Positions 11,654 through 25,209 are shown, counted from the first letter of the stretch. The stretch is 64,000 nt of DNA from Octopus sinensis (GCF_006345805.1 NC_043018.1:6572001-6636000), one strand, 5' to 3'. Program-made: numbers and translations. The notes: generated by a model from the letters alone, not told the origin.

Positions 11654-11852
11654 TTTACTTGTTTCAGTTATTTGACCACGGCCATGCTGGAGCACCGCCT
11701 TTTAGTCAAACAAATCGACCCCAGGACTTATTATTTCTAAGCCTAGTACTTATTCTATCAGGTTCTTTTGTCGAACTGCTAAGATACGGGGAAGTAAACA
11801 CACCAGCATTGGTTGTCAAGCAATGGTGGGCGGGATAAACACAGATACACAC

Positions 11853-11915
<63 letters not shown>

Positions 11916-12826
11916 CAATGGACTTCTTTCACTTTCCATCTACCAAACCACTCACAAGGCTTTGGTCAGCCCGAGATTTAGTACTTTAAATGTGAAAGTG
12001 CTGCCCTCAGTGTCTGCATCTAGATGAAAATCCTGGATATAGTAACTAAGCTCTAAATTAAGGGATGGTCTGGAGAAGGCTGAACAAGACTGAGCAGGGC
12101 AATAAAGGAAATATTCCCTATGACTCTTTGGACCCTAGGAGTAACTGAGAATGATGTCTGGCCCCTAGGTATGCTTATTTGCACCCTCTGCCTGAAGTAC
12201 CACATCTGGGTCATCTTGGAGGAAAGCAGACTAACCTCATTACTCATTCTCATTTACTTGTTTCAGTCATTTGACCACGGCCATGCTGGAGCACCACCTT
12301 TTAGTCAAACAAATCGACCCCAGGACTTATTATTTCTAAGCCTAGTACTTATTCTATCAGGTTCTTTTGTCGAACTGCTAAGATACGGGGAAGTAAACAC
12401 ACCAGCATCGGTTGTCAAGCAATGGTGGGCGGGATAAACACAGATACACACACACGCACACACACACACACACACACATATATATACAATGGACTTCTTT
12501 CACTTTCCATCTACCAAATCCACTCACAAGGCTTTGGTCAGCCCGAGATTTAGTACTTTAAATGTGAAAGTGCTGCCCTCAGTGTCTGCATCTAAATGAA
12601 AATCCTGGATATAGTAACTAAGCTCTAAATTAAGGGATGGTCTGGAGAAGGCTAAACAAGACTGAGCAGGGCAATAAAGGAAATATTCCCTATGACTCTT
12701 TGGACCCTAGGAGTAACTGAGAATGATGTCTGGCCCCTAGGTATGCTTATTTGCACCCCCTGCCTGAAGTACCACATCTGGGTCATCTTGAAGGAAAGCA
12801 GACTAACCTCATTACTCATTCTCATT
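11654..12826. repeat. Tandem duplication of a ~572-599-bp unit (SINE A 3' part plus ~290 bp unique)
   Basis: Landmarks recur at offset 572 downstream of the (CA)n tract and 599 upstream of it; only a few substitutions. Confidence 0.92.
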
Positions 12827-13598
12827 TAATTGTTTCAGTCATTTGACTGCGGCCATGCTGGAGCACCGCATTTAGTCAAGGAAATCGACCCCAGGACTTA
12901 TTCTTTGTAAGCCTAGTACTTATTCTATCGCTCTCTTTTGCCGAACTGCTAAGTTACGGGGACGTAAACACACCAGCATCGGTTGTCAAGTGATGGGGTG
13001 GGGGACAAACACAACACATAAACACACATATATATATATATATACATATATACGACGGGCTTCTTTCAGTTTCCGTCTACCAAATCCACTCACAAGGCTT
13101 TGGTCGGCCCGAGGCTCTAGTAGAAGACACTTGCCTAAGGTGCCATGCAGTGGGACTGAACCCGGAACCATGTGGTTCGTAAGCAAGCTACTTACCATAC
13201 AGCCACTCTTGTTTCAGTCATTAGGCAGTGGCCATGCTGGGGCACCTCCTTGAAGAACTTATAGCTAAATGAGTCAACCTCAGTACTAAAACCTTGTACT
13301 TATTTTATCAGTCTCTTTTGCTGAACTACTAAGTTACAGTGATATAAAGACACCAACACTGATTGTCAAGCAGTAGTGGGGAATAAACAGAGACAGAGAC
13401 ACACGTATGCACACACATACATACATACACACACGCATACACACAATAGGCGTCTTTCAGTTTCCGTCCACCAAATCAATTCACAATGCTCTGGTCAGCG
13501 CGATGCTATATTAAAAGACACTTGCCTAAGATGCCATGCTGTGGGACTGAACCTAGGACCATGTGGCTGGGAAGCAAACATCTTACCACACAGCCAAG
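12827..13598 (-). mobile_element. Two consecutive SINE family A copies (12827-13208 young, 13208-13598 diverged)
   Basis: Both end in the tRNA-like head (cttaccacacagcc on the plus strand). Confidence 0.85.
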
Positions 13599-13886
13599 CG
13601 TGTGCCGATGAGTTGCCTCACAATCCCAAAACTCAATGGAAGTTGCCCAACATGGATGAGATGAGCAACATAAATGAGTACTATCTGTAACTGGTAAACA
13701 GATGCTTCTGAGACTGCATCAATGCTGTCACTGATGATGAATTTATAAAAGAAGACACACAAAAAAACCAGTTCCTTTAATATTTAGAGGAATATGGCAA
13801 AACGTTTTCTGAAAATAGATCTTCCAGTTTTCTATTTAATACATTTGTGTATTTATAAGTTGTTCTCAGTTACAGATATGTGTGTG

Positions 13887-13918
<32 letters not shown>

Positions 13919-14214
13919 AATAAGATAGATATTGTTACATATATAGATAGTTATGTATGTAAACACACAAATATAGACATACACACATGCACACTATAAA
14001 TAGAAAGAAACACATACACACACGCACACATCAGCAATGCATACATGTATAGATATATGCATGAAAACTTAGTATACCATATATATATATATATATATGG
14101 AGACAGATAGATTGATAGATATAGATACACACATGCATATATATATTATATACGTGTGTGTGCGTGTAAATCTGCACACGTTATATATACATGTATATAC
14201 ACACATGTATATGC

Positions 14215-14247
<33 letters not shown>

Positions 14248-14849
14248 TACACACACACATATATATAAACATACATATATATCTATATGTAAAGATATAT
14301 ATACATGTGTAGATACATACAATACAGACAGAAAAACATACATTCAAACATAGACACATATAGACATATGTACAAAGATAGCTAAGTGTGAACAAGCCAG
14401 GACACACACATGTACATAAGTGCGTATTGTGTTTATAAGCACGTATGTGTGTATGCGTGTATGTATATAAGTATATACGCATGTATACAAGCATATATAA
14501 GTATTATTATTCACCAATTCATCATTCGAGGAAAATGTGGACAAGGAAAAAATAAAGGACATTATGTTATCACATTATCATGATGATGATAAAAACACTC
14601 GGATATAAAAAATAATAACAGTTGACCTCTCATTCAAAGTTGACCTCTGGCGCTACTTGACATACCATTTCGGAACCATTTCTTGACTTATTTATTAATT
14701 ATTAATATTTTCATATTTCTATATTCTGTATAATCATTAATCTTCTTTAAAAAGAAATATGATAAAATAGACAATTGTAACGAACGTTTTTATAAAGCCC
14801 TGACCTCTATCTGGCCTTGTATTTATCAATGTAATAATTGTTACTGTGT

Positions 14850-15175
14850 GAAGGCACATGGCTTAGTGGTTAGGGCATTCGGCTCACGATTGTAAGGTCG
14901 TGAGTTCGATTCCTGGCGACGCGTTGTGTCCTTGAGCAAGACACTTTATTTCACATTGCTCCAGTCCACTCAGCTGGAAAAAATGAGTTGTACCTGTATT
15001 TCAAAGGACCAGCTTTGTCACATTCTGTGTTATGCTGAATCTCCCTGAGAACTACATTAGGGGTACACATGTCTGTGGAGTGCTCAGCCACTTGCACGTT
15101 AATTTCACGAGCAGGCAGTTCCTTGATCGTATCAGCTGGGACCCTTGTCGTTGTAACCGACGGAGTGCTCCTAAT
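14850..15175 (+). mobile_element. tRNA-derived SINE family C
   Basis: Head with A box tggcttagtgg and B box gttcgattcc, then ccttgagcaagacact core; homologous copies elsewhere in the window. Confidence 0.85.
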
Positions 15176-15209
15176 TGTTACTGTAACTGTGTCTACATAT
15201 ATGTGTGTG

Positions 15210-15500
15210 TGAGGGCTCATGGCCTAGTGGTTAGGGCTTTGCAGTCATAATCGCAATGCCATGGTTTCAATTCCCAGATTGGGTGGCACATTGTGTTTTT
15301 GAGTAGAACCCTTCCTTCCACATTGCTCCAGGTCACTCAGCTGCAAATAGGTGACCCTGAAATTAAATGGGGTTCAGCTCAGGGGAAGAACCAAGCAGTG
15401 TGGCATCATTTGAAGGCTACAACAATTCGAGGAAACGCATTGTGACCAGTGATGTATAACAACATCTGACAGTCTGCTCAATGCAGTGATACAATGACAT
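15210..15500 (+). mobile_element. SINE with a C-type head and an E-type tail
   Basis: Head tggcctagtggttagg..gtttcaattcc; tail catttgaaggctacaacaa...cattgtgaccag matches the family E tail. Confidence 0.65.
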
Positions 15501-15514
15501 ATAAAATGATATAG

Positions 15515-15905
15515 GTGCTGGGATGTCTGTGTGGTTAAGAATGTTGCTTTGTAACCAGGTACTTTTAGGTTTAGCCCCACTTCATGGCGCCTTGGATAAG
15601 ACACATGCTTCCCAACCACATGGTTCTAGTTTCAGGCCCACTGCATGGAACCTTGGGCAAGGGTCTTCTGTTATAGCCCCAGGCCAACCAAGCCTTGTAA
15701 GGGGAGCTAATAGAAAGAAACTGCGTGTGTGCATGTGTAATACATATGTGTGTGTGTGTGTGTGTGTATGTGTGTGTGTGTGTGTGGTCTGTGTTTGTCT
15801 CACCACCATCACCTGACAACTAATGTTAGCATTTATGTCCTTGTAACTTAGCAGTTTGGCAAAAGAGACCGATAATATAAGTATTACGCTTACAAGGAAT
15901 AAGTC
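15515..15905 (+). mobile_element. SINE family A, diverged
   Basis: Collinear with 45694-46110. Confidence 0.8.
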
Positions 15906-16180
15906 CATTATTAAAGGCTTGACCACCTGTAAATGTTTTTATAAATTCATGTTCCAAGAAATTTCTTGTAATTTTGATTTCTGAAGGTTATTGAATATTT
16001 GAACCACAAGTTTTTCACAAACTTAAATATTCATTGCATTCACTGTGGAGTAGATTTAATAAACAATATTAATTTGTTGCAGATGAAATTTTCCATTTTC
16101 ATTTGCAAGAGTCTCTCGCTCTCTCTTGCCTCTATTTTCATTAATCATAATTTAGTATATATTCATATCAATGTTTTCAT

Positions 16181-16403
16181 TTCACCCTTTCATTACCAAC
16201 CCGCCTGAAACAGGCTCTGGCTCTGAGTACAAATTGTCTTGTTTTCACAAGTCTTGAATTAAAATCTTCCACCAAACCTTAGTCACAGTTTATGTTCCTA
16301 ACACTAGCTTAATGATGACTAATTTATTTTACTAAGTTCTTTGTTATATTTAAAGTAATTGAAACAAACACAGAGTATCTCAAAATAAATACTTGCAAAA
16401 CCC
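16181..16403 (+). mobile_element. MITE family M2, copy 1
   Basis: Reverse-complement homologue of 27420-27647; ttaaccc-type ends. Confidence 0.75.
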
Positions 16404-16524
16404 AAAGTTTATTCTATATACATAATTTAAAAAACGTATTTATTGAATGAATGAATGCTATTAGACAAAATAGCTGTATAACTTTGAGGCTTATATTTGA
16501 TAGAATGGAAACTTTTTAATATAC

Positions 16525-16915
16525 CCTTTTACTTGTTTCAGTCATTTGACTGCAGCCATGCTGGAGCACCACCTTTAGTTGAGCAAATCGACCCCGGGAC
16601 TTATTCTTTGTAAGCCCAGTACTTATTCTATCGGTCTCTTTCGCTGAACCGCTAAGTAACGGGGATGTAAACACACCAGCATCGGTTGCCAAGCAATGCT
16701 AGGGGGACAAACACAGATGGACAAACACACACACACATACATATGTAAATATACATATATACGACGGGCTTCTTTCAGTTTCCGTCTACCAAATCCACTC
16801 ACAAGGCATTGGTCAGCCCGGGGCTATAGCAGAAGACACTTGCCCAAGATGTCACACAGCAGGACTGAACCCGGAACCATGTGGTTGGTTAGCAAGCTAC
16901 TTACCACACAACCCG
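16525..16915 (-). mobile_element. SINE family A, full length
   Basis: Collinear with the family A consensus seen in the window. Confidence 0.9.
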
Positions 16916-17434
16916 TATAATTTTGTTTTAAAAGATTAAGAATTGATTTTGTTGGTATGGCTGTTTGGAACATTATAAGTCTTATGATAATAGCTATGTG
17001 ATCACTCCTATTTCTAGCACGCTAAATCATAAATAGAGATATATTACAACTATGATAACTTATTGAAAGAAATATTTACTAAGCAAGTGAGATTTTTTTT
17101 ATAAATTGAAGTTTTGAGGAAAATTCACTTACTGAACTTGGTTTTATTATTGAATATTTCAAGTTCACAAATTGAAATATTCGGTACAAGATAGTTTTTA
17201 ACGAGCTTTTAATTATACGATTTTTTTCATTTCATGCTTATTTCATCCATTGTTTGCAATGTTCTCTCTTTCTCTCTCTCTCACACACACACTGTCTCTG
17301 TAATATAAACACACACACACTAGGTTTGACTAGCAGAAAACTGCCCTGAGGGTGGTCTTCCTGCTAATATATATATATTTATAAACAACTTCCACGGGTA
17401 TAAGTAAGTATTTCATTTATTTCTTTGCCGCATT

Positions 17435-17488
17435 TATCACTGATGAAGAGAAGGTTCTTATGAATTAACTCTGAAATCGGGTCCGATA
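17435..17488 (+). ncRNA. Type-I minimal hammerhead-ribozyme-like motif
   Basis: tatca-CTGATGA-agag(18-nt loop)ctct-GAAA-tcggGTC-cgata; core intact, A.C mismatch closing stem I. Confidence 0.55.
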
Positions 17489-18015
17489 TGGTGATAACGG
17501 AATTTTTTAGAAATTTCTGTCGGCTTTCTTCAAGACGCGTGCTTATAGTGATAAATTATATGCTTATGGACGATGAGTCTAGTTTCGGCATATTTGGCAT
17601 TAGAAATTTTTTTCTTTTGCCCTTGTTTATAAGTTGCTTATAAATTCAACCTTTAAAGGTATTTTTTAATATGCTGGCCATTGATAAAATTTTTTCGAAA
17701 AATTTTATCCTATATTAGATATATATATACATATATCTCAAGTCATTGATTTGAGTTGACTTGAGATACCTGTCCTGCCCTGGTTTTTGTTTTCTTTTTT
17801 CCTCTAATATAATATATATACCGGCTAACTCAGAAGCCTAATACAGATCCCTAGCTCCAGCCTCAGCTGTGAACTTAGAACCTAACAGATGACCAATTAT
17901 AACACTTACTCAGTGTACCTATTCGTTTAGATCACCATTGAACTAAACCCCTCACTTTCTTTACATATATATATATATATAATCAAAATAAGCAACAAGA
18001 ATAACTCCGGTAATT

Positions 18016-18100
18016 TGGTATGATCGTTTCGCACCACATCATTTTATTAAATGTTGTAAGTATTACAACAGTTTTAAAATGCTGAGCACTCATCAGCCAG
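18016..18100 (-). ncRNA. Type-I hammerhead-like motif with long stem II, one stem III mutation
   Basis: Minus strand: ctgg-CTGATGA-gtgc...tgttgtaa tac ttacaaca...gtgc-GAAA-cgatcATA-cca. Confidence 0.5.
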
Positions 18101-18729
18101 TTATAGAGGTTTTCCATTAATACAAAATTTTCATATCAAGTGGTAACATTATAGAGAAGGTAGATATATAGACAAAGATGTGGATTTAAATTTTAAGAAC
18201 ATTTGAAGTAGTGGAGCCCATCAACTGACTGACTAAGATTCAGTTGTTCCAGGTGGATTTAAATTTTAAGAACATTTGAGGTAGTGGAACTGATATATGC
18301 ATATATATATATATATATATACATATAGAATTATATATAGATGGATTTTGATGCGTATATTCATAATATATCATACCACTCTCGTTCTCTATTTACACTT
18401 CTCTCCCATCCTGTTTCTCATCACATTCCTGCCATCACTCACACAAGCACAAACACAAGGTCAACAAGCACCACCACAACCACCACCACCACCACCACCA
18501 CCGCCACTGCCACTGCCATGCTCCATTATATCCATCTCCTCATACCATCTCTCCTCTCCACCCGCACCCCACCTCACACCTCGACATCATGTAAGTTGAC
18601 AATCCCAGTTTAATTATTCTGCCAGGAACCCTTGCAATTCAATCTGTCTTCAGCTGACTGGCAGACATCACATCTGCAATCCTAGTCTTCTTCACATTAC
18701 TGATTTGGCTGGCACTCTCTCATAAACAC

Positions 18730-18768
<39 letters not shown>

Positions 18769-19329
18769 CATATATTATCCCACACACATGTACATGTATC
18801 ACACACATTTCTATTTGATATATATACAATAGAGATAAACAGATAGATACACATACACTCAAACACACACACATACACACACACACATAAATATATATAT
18901 ATACACACACATTATATTCATACATACACACTCATGTAATCATATATTTGGTTGTATATATATGCATATGTGTATGAATGAGTATAAATAGATTGGTAAA
19001 TATGAATATATATATATAAGTATATATACATATACATACATACATATATATATATGTATATGTTTACACACACAAATACACACACACACATAGATATGGT
19101 GTAACATTCCTATCAAAACTTCTCCTAAATGTCACCACAACCATCCTGATATAGTTGTTTGCGACAGAACAATATAAAAGTGAAATGATACACAGACAGA
19201 ACATTATACATGTTTATTTTATTATATATACCTTGATCTGTTTCCCACATGTCATTCTGTTTCATCTATTTTTCCATTTCTCTACATCATCAGTGTGAAA
19301 TTTGAAATTTTTTCTATTTGAGCCCTTTA

Positions 19330-19810
19330 ATAAACACTCGCACAAACAAAATATTTTTGTAATATCTTGGAAATATTTCTTTTCATCATTTACACAATGT
19401 GGAGAATATATTGGTAGCATTGTCCAGATGACCTGAACATTAGTTTCAAGGTTCATCCAAGGCTGAGACCACGGGCCATACGTCCTCTGTCCAATTCAGG
19501 ATCACAACATATAGGTACACTGTGACATAATTTCTTTTCTTCAACAGGCCCTGCCCTGTTTAACATTGTCCCAAAAGAGATCAAAGAGGAAAAGGATCCC
19601 ATCAACTTTAAACAGAGTCTGGACAAATTTCTTCGAGGAATACCAGATAAACCACCCATACCTGGATACAACTCACTCAACAAGAACTCACTAGCTAAAT
19701 GGACCATAATACCACAAAACTTGACTTAAAAAGCATTTAGATAATCCTATCAGGTGGTGCTATTAAGTTAGACATGGCCTGAACCAATCTTTGGTCAAAA
19801 CATATCTAAG
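19330..19810 (+). pseudogene. CR1/L2-like LINE 3' end (RT C-terminus and 3' UTR)
   Basis: Reads HNFFSSTGPALFNIVPKEIKEEKDPINFKQSLDKFLRGIPDKPPIPGY; the GPxLFNxxP...FKxxLDKFL..IPDxP motif is typical of CR1-group C-termini. Confidence 0.75.
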
Positions 19811-20009
19811 ATTTTTCTAAGTCTTTTTTATTACAAGCATTTTTATTTATGTTTTATCAAAGTTAAATGTCTTTTATTCATTTTCCTCCCTTTCGGCCTT
19901 GTGCTAATGAAGTATAATTTGAAGTGATTTTTTGAGTCATTTCATATCTATCTCTAGCATGTAGGTACTGCTTCTCAGTACCTGTAATTATAATTATATC
20001 TATGTCTAC

Positions 20010-20070
<61 letters not shown>

Positions 20071-20094
20071 ATATATATATAATATATATATACT

Positions 20095-20316
20095 GCCTGA
20101 CTGGCCCTTGTGCTGGTGGCACATAAAAGCACCCACAACACTCTCGGAGTGGTTGGCGTTAGGAAGAGCATCCAGCTGTAGAAACTCTGCCAGATCAGAT
20201 TGGAGCCTGGTGCAGCCATCTGGTTCGCCAGTCCTCAGTCAAGTCGTCCAACGCATGCCAGCATGGAAAGCGGACGTTAAATGATTATGATGATATGCAT
20301 ACATACATACACACAT

Positions 20317-20350
<34 letters not shown>

Positions 20351-20665
20351 TGTGTGTATATATATGTATATACATAATACATACACATGTATATATATAT
20401 ATGTGCGTGTGAGTAAGTGTATATATTATATATGCATATATATGTATCATCATCCCCATCATCAGTTCATTTTCTATGCTGGCATGAACTGAATAGTTTG
20501 AGAGAAGCTGACAAGCTAGGGGCTTGTGTCAAGTGCCAGTGTCTGTGCTTTGGCATGGTTTTTACAACTGGATGCCCTTCCAAATGCCAACCACTTTACA
20601 GAATGGACTGGGTGCTTTTGATGTGGCACCAGCACTGGCAGGGTCACCAAGAGACTTGCAAGACA
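20095..20665. mobile_element. Two family B copies in opposite orientation (20095-20290 +, 20455-20665 -)
   Basis: Family B core present in both orientations around a (TA)n tract. Confidence 0.8.
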
Positions 20666-21319
20666 AAGACCCATTGGATGAGACGGTGGGGTTAGTTGCA
20701 TTGAGGGAGATGGCTTTGTATCAATTCATGGGAGGTTAAAAAGCAGGATAAGGGGGGATAAAAAGAGGTGTATTGCTACTGCTGCTGCTGATGATGATGT
20801 TGGTGGTGATGATGACAACGATGATGATGATGACAGCAATGACAACAACGATGCTGATGACAATGACAATGATGATGGTGGTGGTCTTTAATTTGTTGAC
20901 CACATCTACAGATGAAATTACAAAAGCTAAAAATAGAGCAGAAGTTAAGGAAATTCATGGTGTTCCCTGGTGACCAGTTAGTGTAAGGGAGATAATCATT
21001 TTTTATAATATCTGGCAGGACTAAAAGATTGAAGTTTAAAATCAAAGAACAAATATGTTGCATGAAATATATATATCAAATATTTTTTCTTTCTCATTAC
21101 AAAGATCTTAAGATTTCTCATTTTAGGTAAACTTGCATATGACCATTTCATTCTTCTTTGAAGTCATCAGCATGACATAGCCCAAAGCAAATAAATGAAA
21201 CTAAGTTAAAAATGTTAAGAAGTTACACATTTCCTTTAGATGGAAAATAAATGCACTCAGATTAGGATTCAACGCGAGACCAAATAGTTGAGAAGTGAAC
21301 ATGTTACACAGCCTTGACT

Positions 21320-21515
21320 GTCTCATTTCTAACATATACGTGTGTGTGTGTGTATCTATATATAGATACACACATCTATATATCTTTCCTTGTTTTTTCT
21401 GTGTCCCTTTCTGTAGAAGAGCGTAGGCTCGATACGTTAAAGACCTTTTCTATTCCTGAAGGTTATACTAATACATCTGTTTGTTTTGTACACCACCTGT
21501 CTTCGTATTTTGTTT
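21320..21515 (+). mobile_element. Short PLE-derived element family F, copy 1
   Basis: Homologous to 42115-42312, 58085-58278 and 60852-61050; carries the hammerhead-like motif at 21403-21444. Confidence 0.8.
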
Positions 21516-21539
21516 TTTCATAATCTCTCCTATATACAT

Positions 21540-21643
<104 letters not shown>

Positions 21644-21719
21644 CAGAGAGAGAGAGAGAGAGAGATTATTTTATATATACATATATATATTCTTTTCTTT
21701 TTTGTTTTGCTTTTTGTTT

Positions 21720-22770
21720 GCAAAGAATGTTCTAGCATTATATAGAAATGCTTTCATTACACTAAGAAAGGTCTATGAAAGACATATTTCTTTGATGGTT
21801 GCAGTCCAATCACTGAATCTAAAAGGAACAGAAGAAAAAGAACAGGCATTACTAGGAATAACAAGTTTCCCTTCAGATGTGAAAAATTCCTTGTGCCTCA
21901 GACCAAGCCCTTGGGACCCTTGTTCTGTTTTAAAATAATCAAATGGGCTAATTTTAAAAATTTATCCAATAACTTTCAAGACATTTTATTTTAAAACTTC
22001 AAAACACTTCCATGTTTCTCCAGACAAAACTAAAATGTTACATAAACCGACAGAAGCAGAGTTCTATACCATAAACGCCTTTCAAACAGTTCCATCAGTA
22101 TTAATAAGAAAAATAACTCTGGTACATACCTCGTTATTAAATTAGAAGATAAAGACATAGCTATCAATCTAAAAATAGATGACAGAGTAGGATCTTTCAT
22201 GTTATGTGAACCATACATTACATTTAAAAACCATAAACTTAATTTTCTTGCCAATATGAAATGCAGATCGATAATTCTGGCCAAAAGTGAATTACGTGTA
22301 GCCAGTAAAAGTATTTTAGATTCCATCGTTTTTAACATTGTACATATCATATCTCACTTGTCTTCCTTTATGGAATAATTCTGTAGATGTCATCAAATGG
22401 TTCAGTAATACAGATAATAAACATCTTCGTAATTTCATGCAGTTTGACATAACAGAGTTATATCCATCTTTATCAAAATGCTTTCTCCAAAATGCTTTAG
22501 AATTTGGTAGAGTACTTTTTGGAATCATGATTCTGCCATTAATATTGTTATGCATGCTAGGAAATCTTTGCTATTTTAAGATAATTCTCTTGGGGTTGAA
22601 CACAAATTGGCTGAACATTATTTGATGTAGATATAGGATCTTAAGATTGAATTGAAGTTTGTGAATCAAAAAGATTGGACGTTTTAGATTTACTTTTGAA
22701 GAGATCTCTTCCCAGATCTAGGTCTTTATCAAAATGATGGATTGCTTCTTTGTGAAGGACATACATATTA
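21720..22770 (+). pseudogene. Decayed Penelope-like reverse transcriptase
   Basis: DKDIAINLKIDDRV...EPYITFKNHKLNFLANMKCRSIILAKSELRVASKSILD, then after a frameshift WNNSVDVIKWFSNTDNK...FMQFDITELYPSLSK, then remnants of FDVxxGS and the GLYxDDGL-type motif. Confidence 0.85.
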
Positions 22771-22806
22771 AATACATACATACATATATATACATACATA
22801 CATACA

Positions 22807-22840
<34 letters not shown>

Positions 22841-22946
22841 CATACATATGTGTGACCAAATGTTTAAGAACCCAGACACATGAAAGCAAGCATTTTAACC
22901 ATTTGGCCACATACATGAGCATGTGAGTGTATATGTGTGTGTATGC

Positions 22947-23010
<64 letters not shown>

Positions 23011-23044
23011 ACGCATGCATGTGAATATATATATATATATGCTT

Positions 23045-23234
23045 TTATTCTTTTACTCGTTTCAGTCAGTTTGACTGTCACCATACTGGAAAACTGCCTC
23101 TTTTTAGCTGAAGAAATTGACCCCTGGACTTATTCTTTGTAAGCCTGGTACTTATTCTATTGGTCAAAATGCTAATTTACAGAGATGTAAATACACCAAC
23201 ATCGGAGGGGAGAAACAAACACACAAATATATAC

Positions 23235-23278
<44 letters not shown>

Positions 23279-23395
23279 GACAGGCTTCTTTAAGTTCCTA
23301 TCTACCAAATCCACTCACAAGGCATTGGTCAGCCTGACACTATAGTTGAAGAAACTTGCCCAGGATGCCATGCAGTGGGACTGAACCCTAAACTA
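23045..23395 (-). mobile_element. SINE family A, partial
   Basis: Collinear with family A. Confidence 0.8.
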
Positions 23396-23404
23396 TCTAC
23401 ATAT

Positions 23405-23714
23405 CAATGTGATCCCCGTGACCGACCAGGCTATCAGATGTGGCCACACATCGCTGGTCACAATATGCTTCACATTGTTTTAGCCTTCAAATGACGCCAC
23501 CCCGCTGGCTAAGTGAGCAGGCCAACAGAAGAAAGAGTGAGAGAAAGTTGTGGTGAAAGAGTACAGCAGGGATCGCCACCACCCCTGCCAGAGCCTCGTG
23601 GAGCTTTAGGTATATTTCACTCAATAAACACTCACAATGCCCGATCTGGGTATCAAAACCGCGATCCTACGACCGCAAGTCCGCTGCCCTTACCACTGGG
23701 CCATTGTGCCTCCA
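23405..23714 (-). mobile_element. tRNA-derived SINE family E
   Basis: Head gtggaggc(a/g)caatggcccagtgg..aagggcagcggac..gg tttt/ttcga; near-identical copy at 56325-56640. Confidence 0.85.
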
Positions 23715-23749
23715 CTATATATATCTATATATCTATATCTATATCTATC

Positions 23750-23797
<48 letters not shown>

Positions 23798-23809
23798 ATA
23801 TATATACAT

Positions 23810-23995
23810 CAAATCAAGATTACCTGTACAGGTGCAACTGGGTGCTACATGTCAGATGTTGAAATGATTGCAGAGCAATGTGAAATGAAGTGCTTTCCTC
23901 AAGAACACAATGCAACACCAGGTCTGGGAATTGAACACACGCTCTCACAATCATCAGTGCAACACCCTAACCACTAAGCCATGGGCCTTCACATA
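23810..23995 (-). mobile_element. SINE family C, partial
   Basis: gagcaatgtgaaatgaagtg..ctcaagaacac..cctaaccactaagccatg. Confidence 0.75.
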
Positions 23996-24316
23996 CAAAC
24001 ACACATATATATATACACCCACACATGCACACAGTTATATTCACTGTCCTTTTACTTTTCATTTTTTTTATTTTCTTTTATTTAGAAAACAAATATTCCA
24101 TAATTCCTGGTAATGACTGGTGTCTGGGAATGGAGTCTCTTCCAGAGTAAAATCTTAAATATATAATCTTTTGATTTTTACCAATTTCAGTCTCATCAGA
24201 TAATCCTATAGCTACAGGATTATATGACAGATTATAATAGAGTTGTATCTCTGTCTATCCATCAATTCCTCCACCCACCCATCTGTACACCCAGCTGCTC
24301 CCATTCATCATATACA

Positions 24317-24360
<44 letters not shown>

Positions 24361-24550
24361 GGGTGAGGGGTATTAATAATTGACAGATTATTCTCAATTT
24401 TACCCTAGGGTGTTCATGACACTTGTGGACTCCCCAAGTCAGGGTAAAACTTAGAGTACCCTGTCAATTATAGTCATAAAAAATAAAACTTATATCTATC
24501 AACTTCACCCAGCACGTTGAGTTTTATATCAGATAATATCTGCGGTACCC

Positions 24551-24598
<48 letters not shown>

Positions 24599-24600
24599 CA

Positions 24601-24639
<39 letters not shown>

Positions 24640-24899
24640 GACACTTGCTTTTACAGCTTTGCTATTTTGATATGAGAGAGAGAGAAAGTGAAGAAGGGGT
24701 GGAAGTGTACTTTACTGCAACACACCCACCCTCACTAATACCGATCCCCCCTCCTTCGCACCATCCTCCACCCTTATCTGTGAACACCCACACACAAACA
24801 CAAGAACCCCCCCACCCCAACATTCAGACTAGGTTATTACCTCCCTGTTGTTGACAGTTTGGGGTCACCACAGCAAACTGTCTGCCACTGGCATTGCCA

Positions 24900-25169
24900 T
24901 CCGTTGTTATCATCATCATCATCATCGTCGTCATCATTATCCTCATATTCATCATCATAACCCATCGTCATTATCATCATCATTGTTACCATTACCATCA
25001 TCGTCATCATCATCAGCAGCAGCATCACTATTCATCTTCATTATCATTGTCATCATCACCATCACTATCATCATCATCATCATCATCATAATCATCATCA
25101 CCATCATCATCATTAGCAGCAGCAGCATCACTATTCATCTTCATTATCATTGTCATCACCACCATCACT

Positions 25170-25209
<40 letters not shown>

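Noticed and set aside
13600-13760. Coding-like stretch ELPHNPKTQWKLPNMDEMSNINEYYL*LVNRCF*DCINAVTDDEFIKED
   Set aside because: Two in-frame stops and no motif I can assign; may be a transposon relic but unsupported.
14621-14648. Direct repeat GTTGACCTCT x2 (nuclear-receptor half-site-like)
   Set aside because: Two 10-mers in 64 kb can arise by chance or micro-duplication; no supporting context.
18180-18288. 36-bp direct repeat separated by a 37-bp spacer (CRISPR-like geometry)
   Set aside because: Only two units, one mismatch, no cas genes, eukaryotic context; a simple local duplication.
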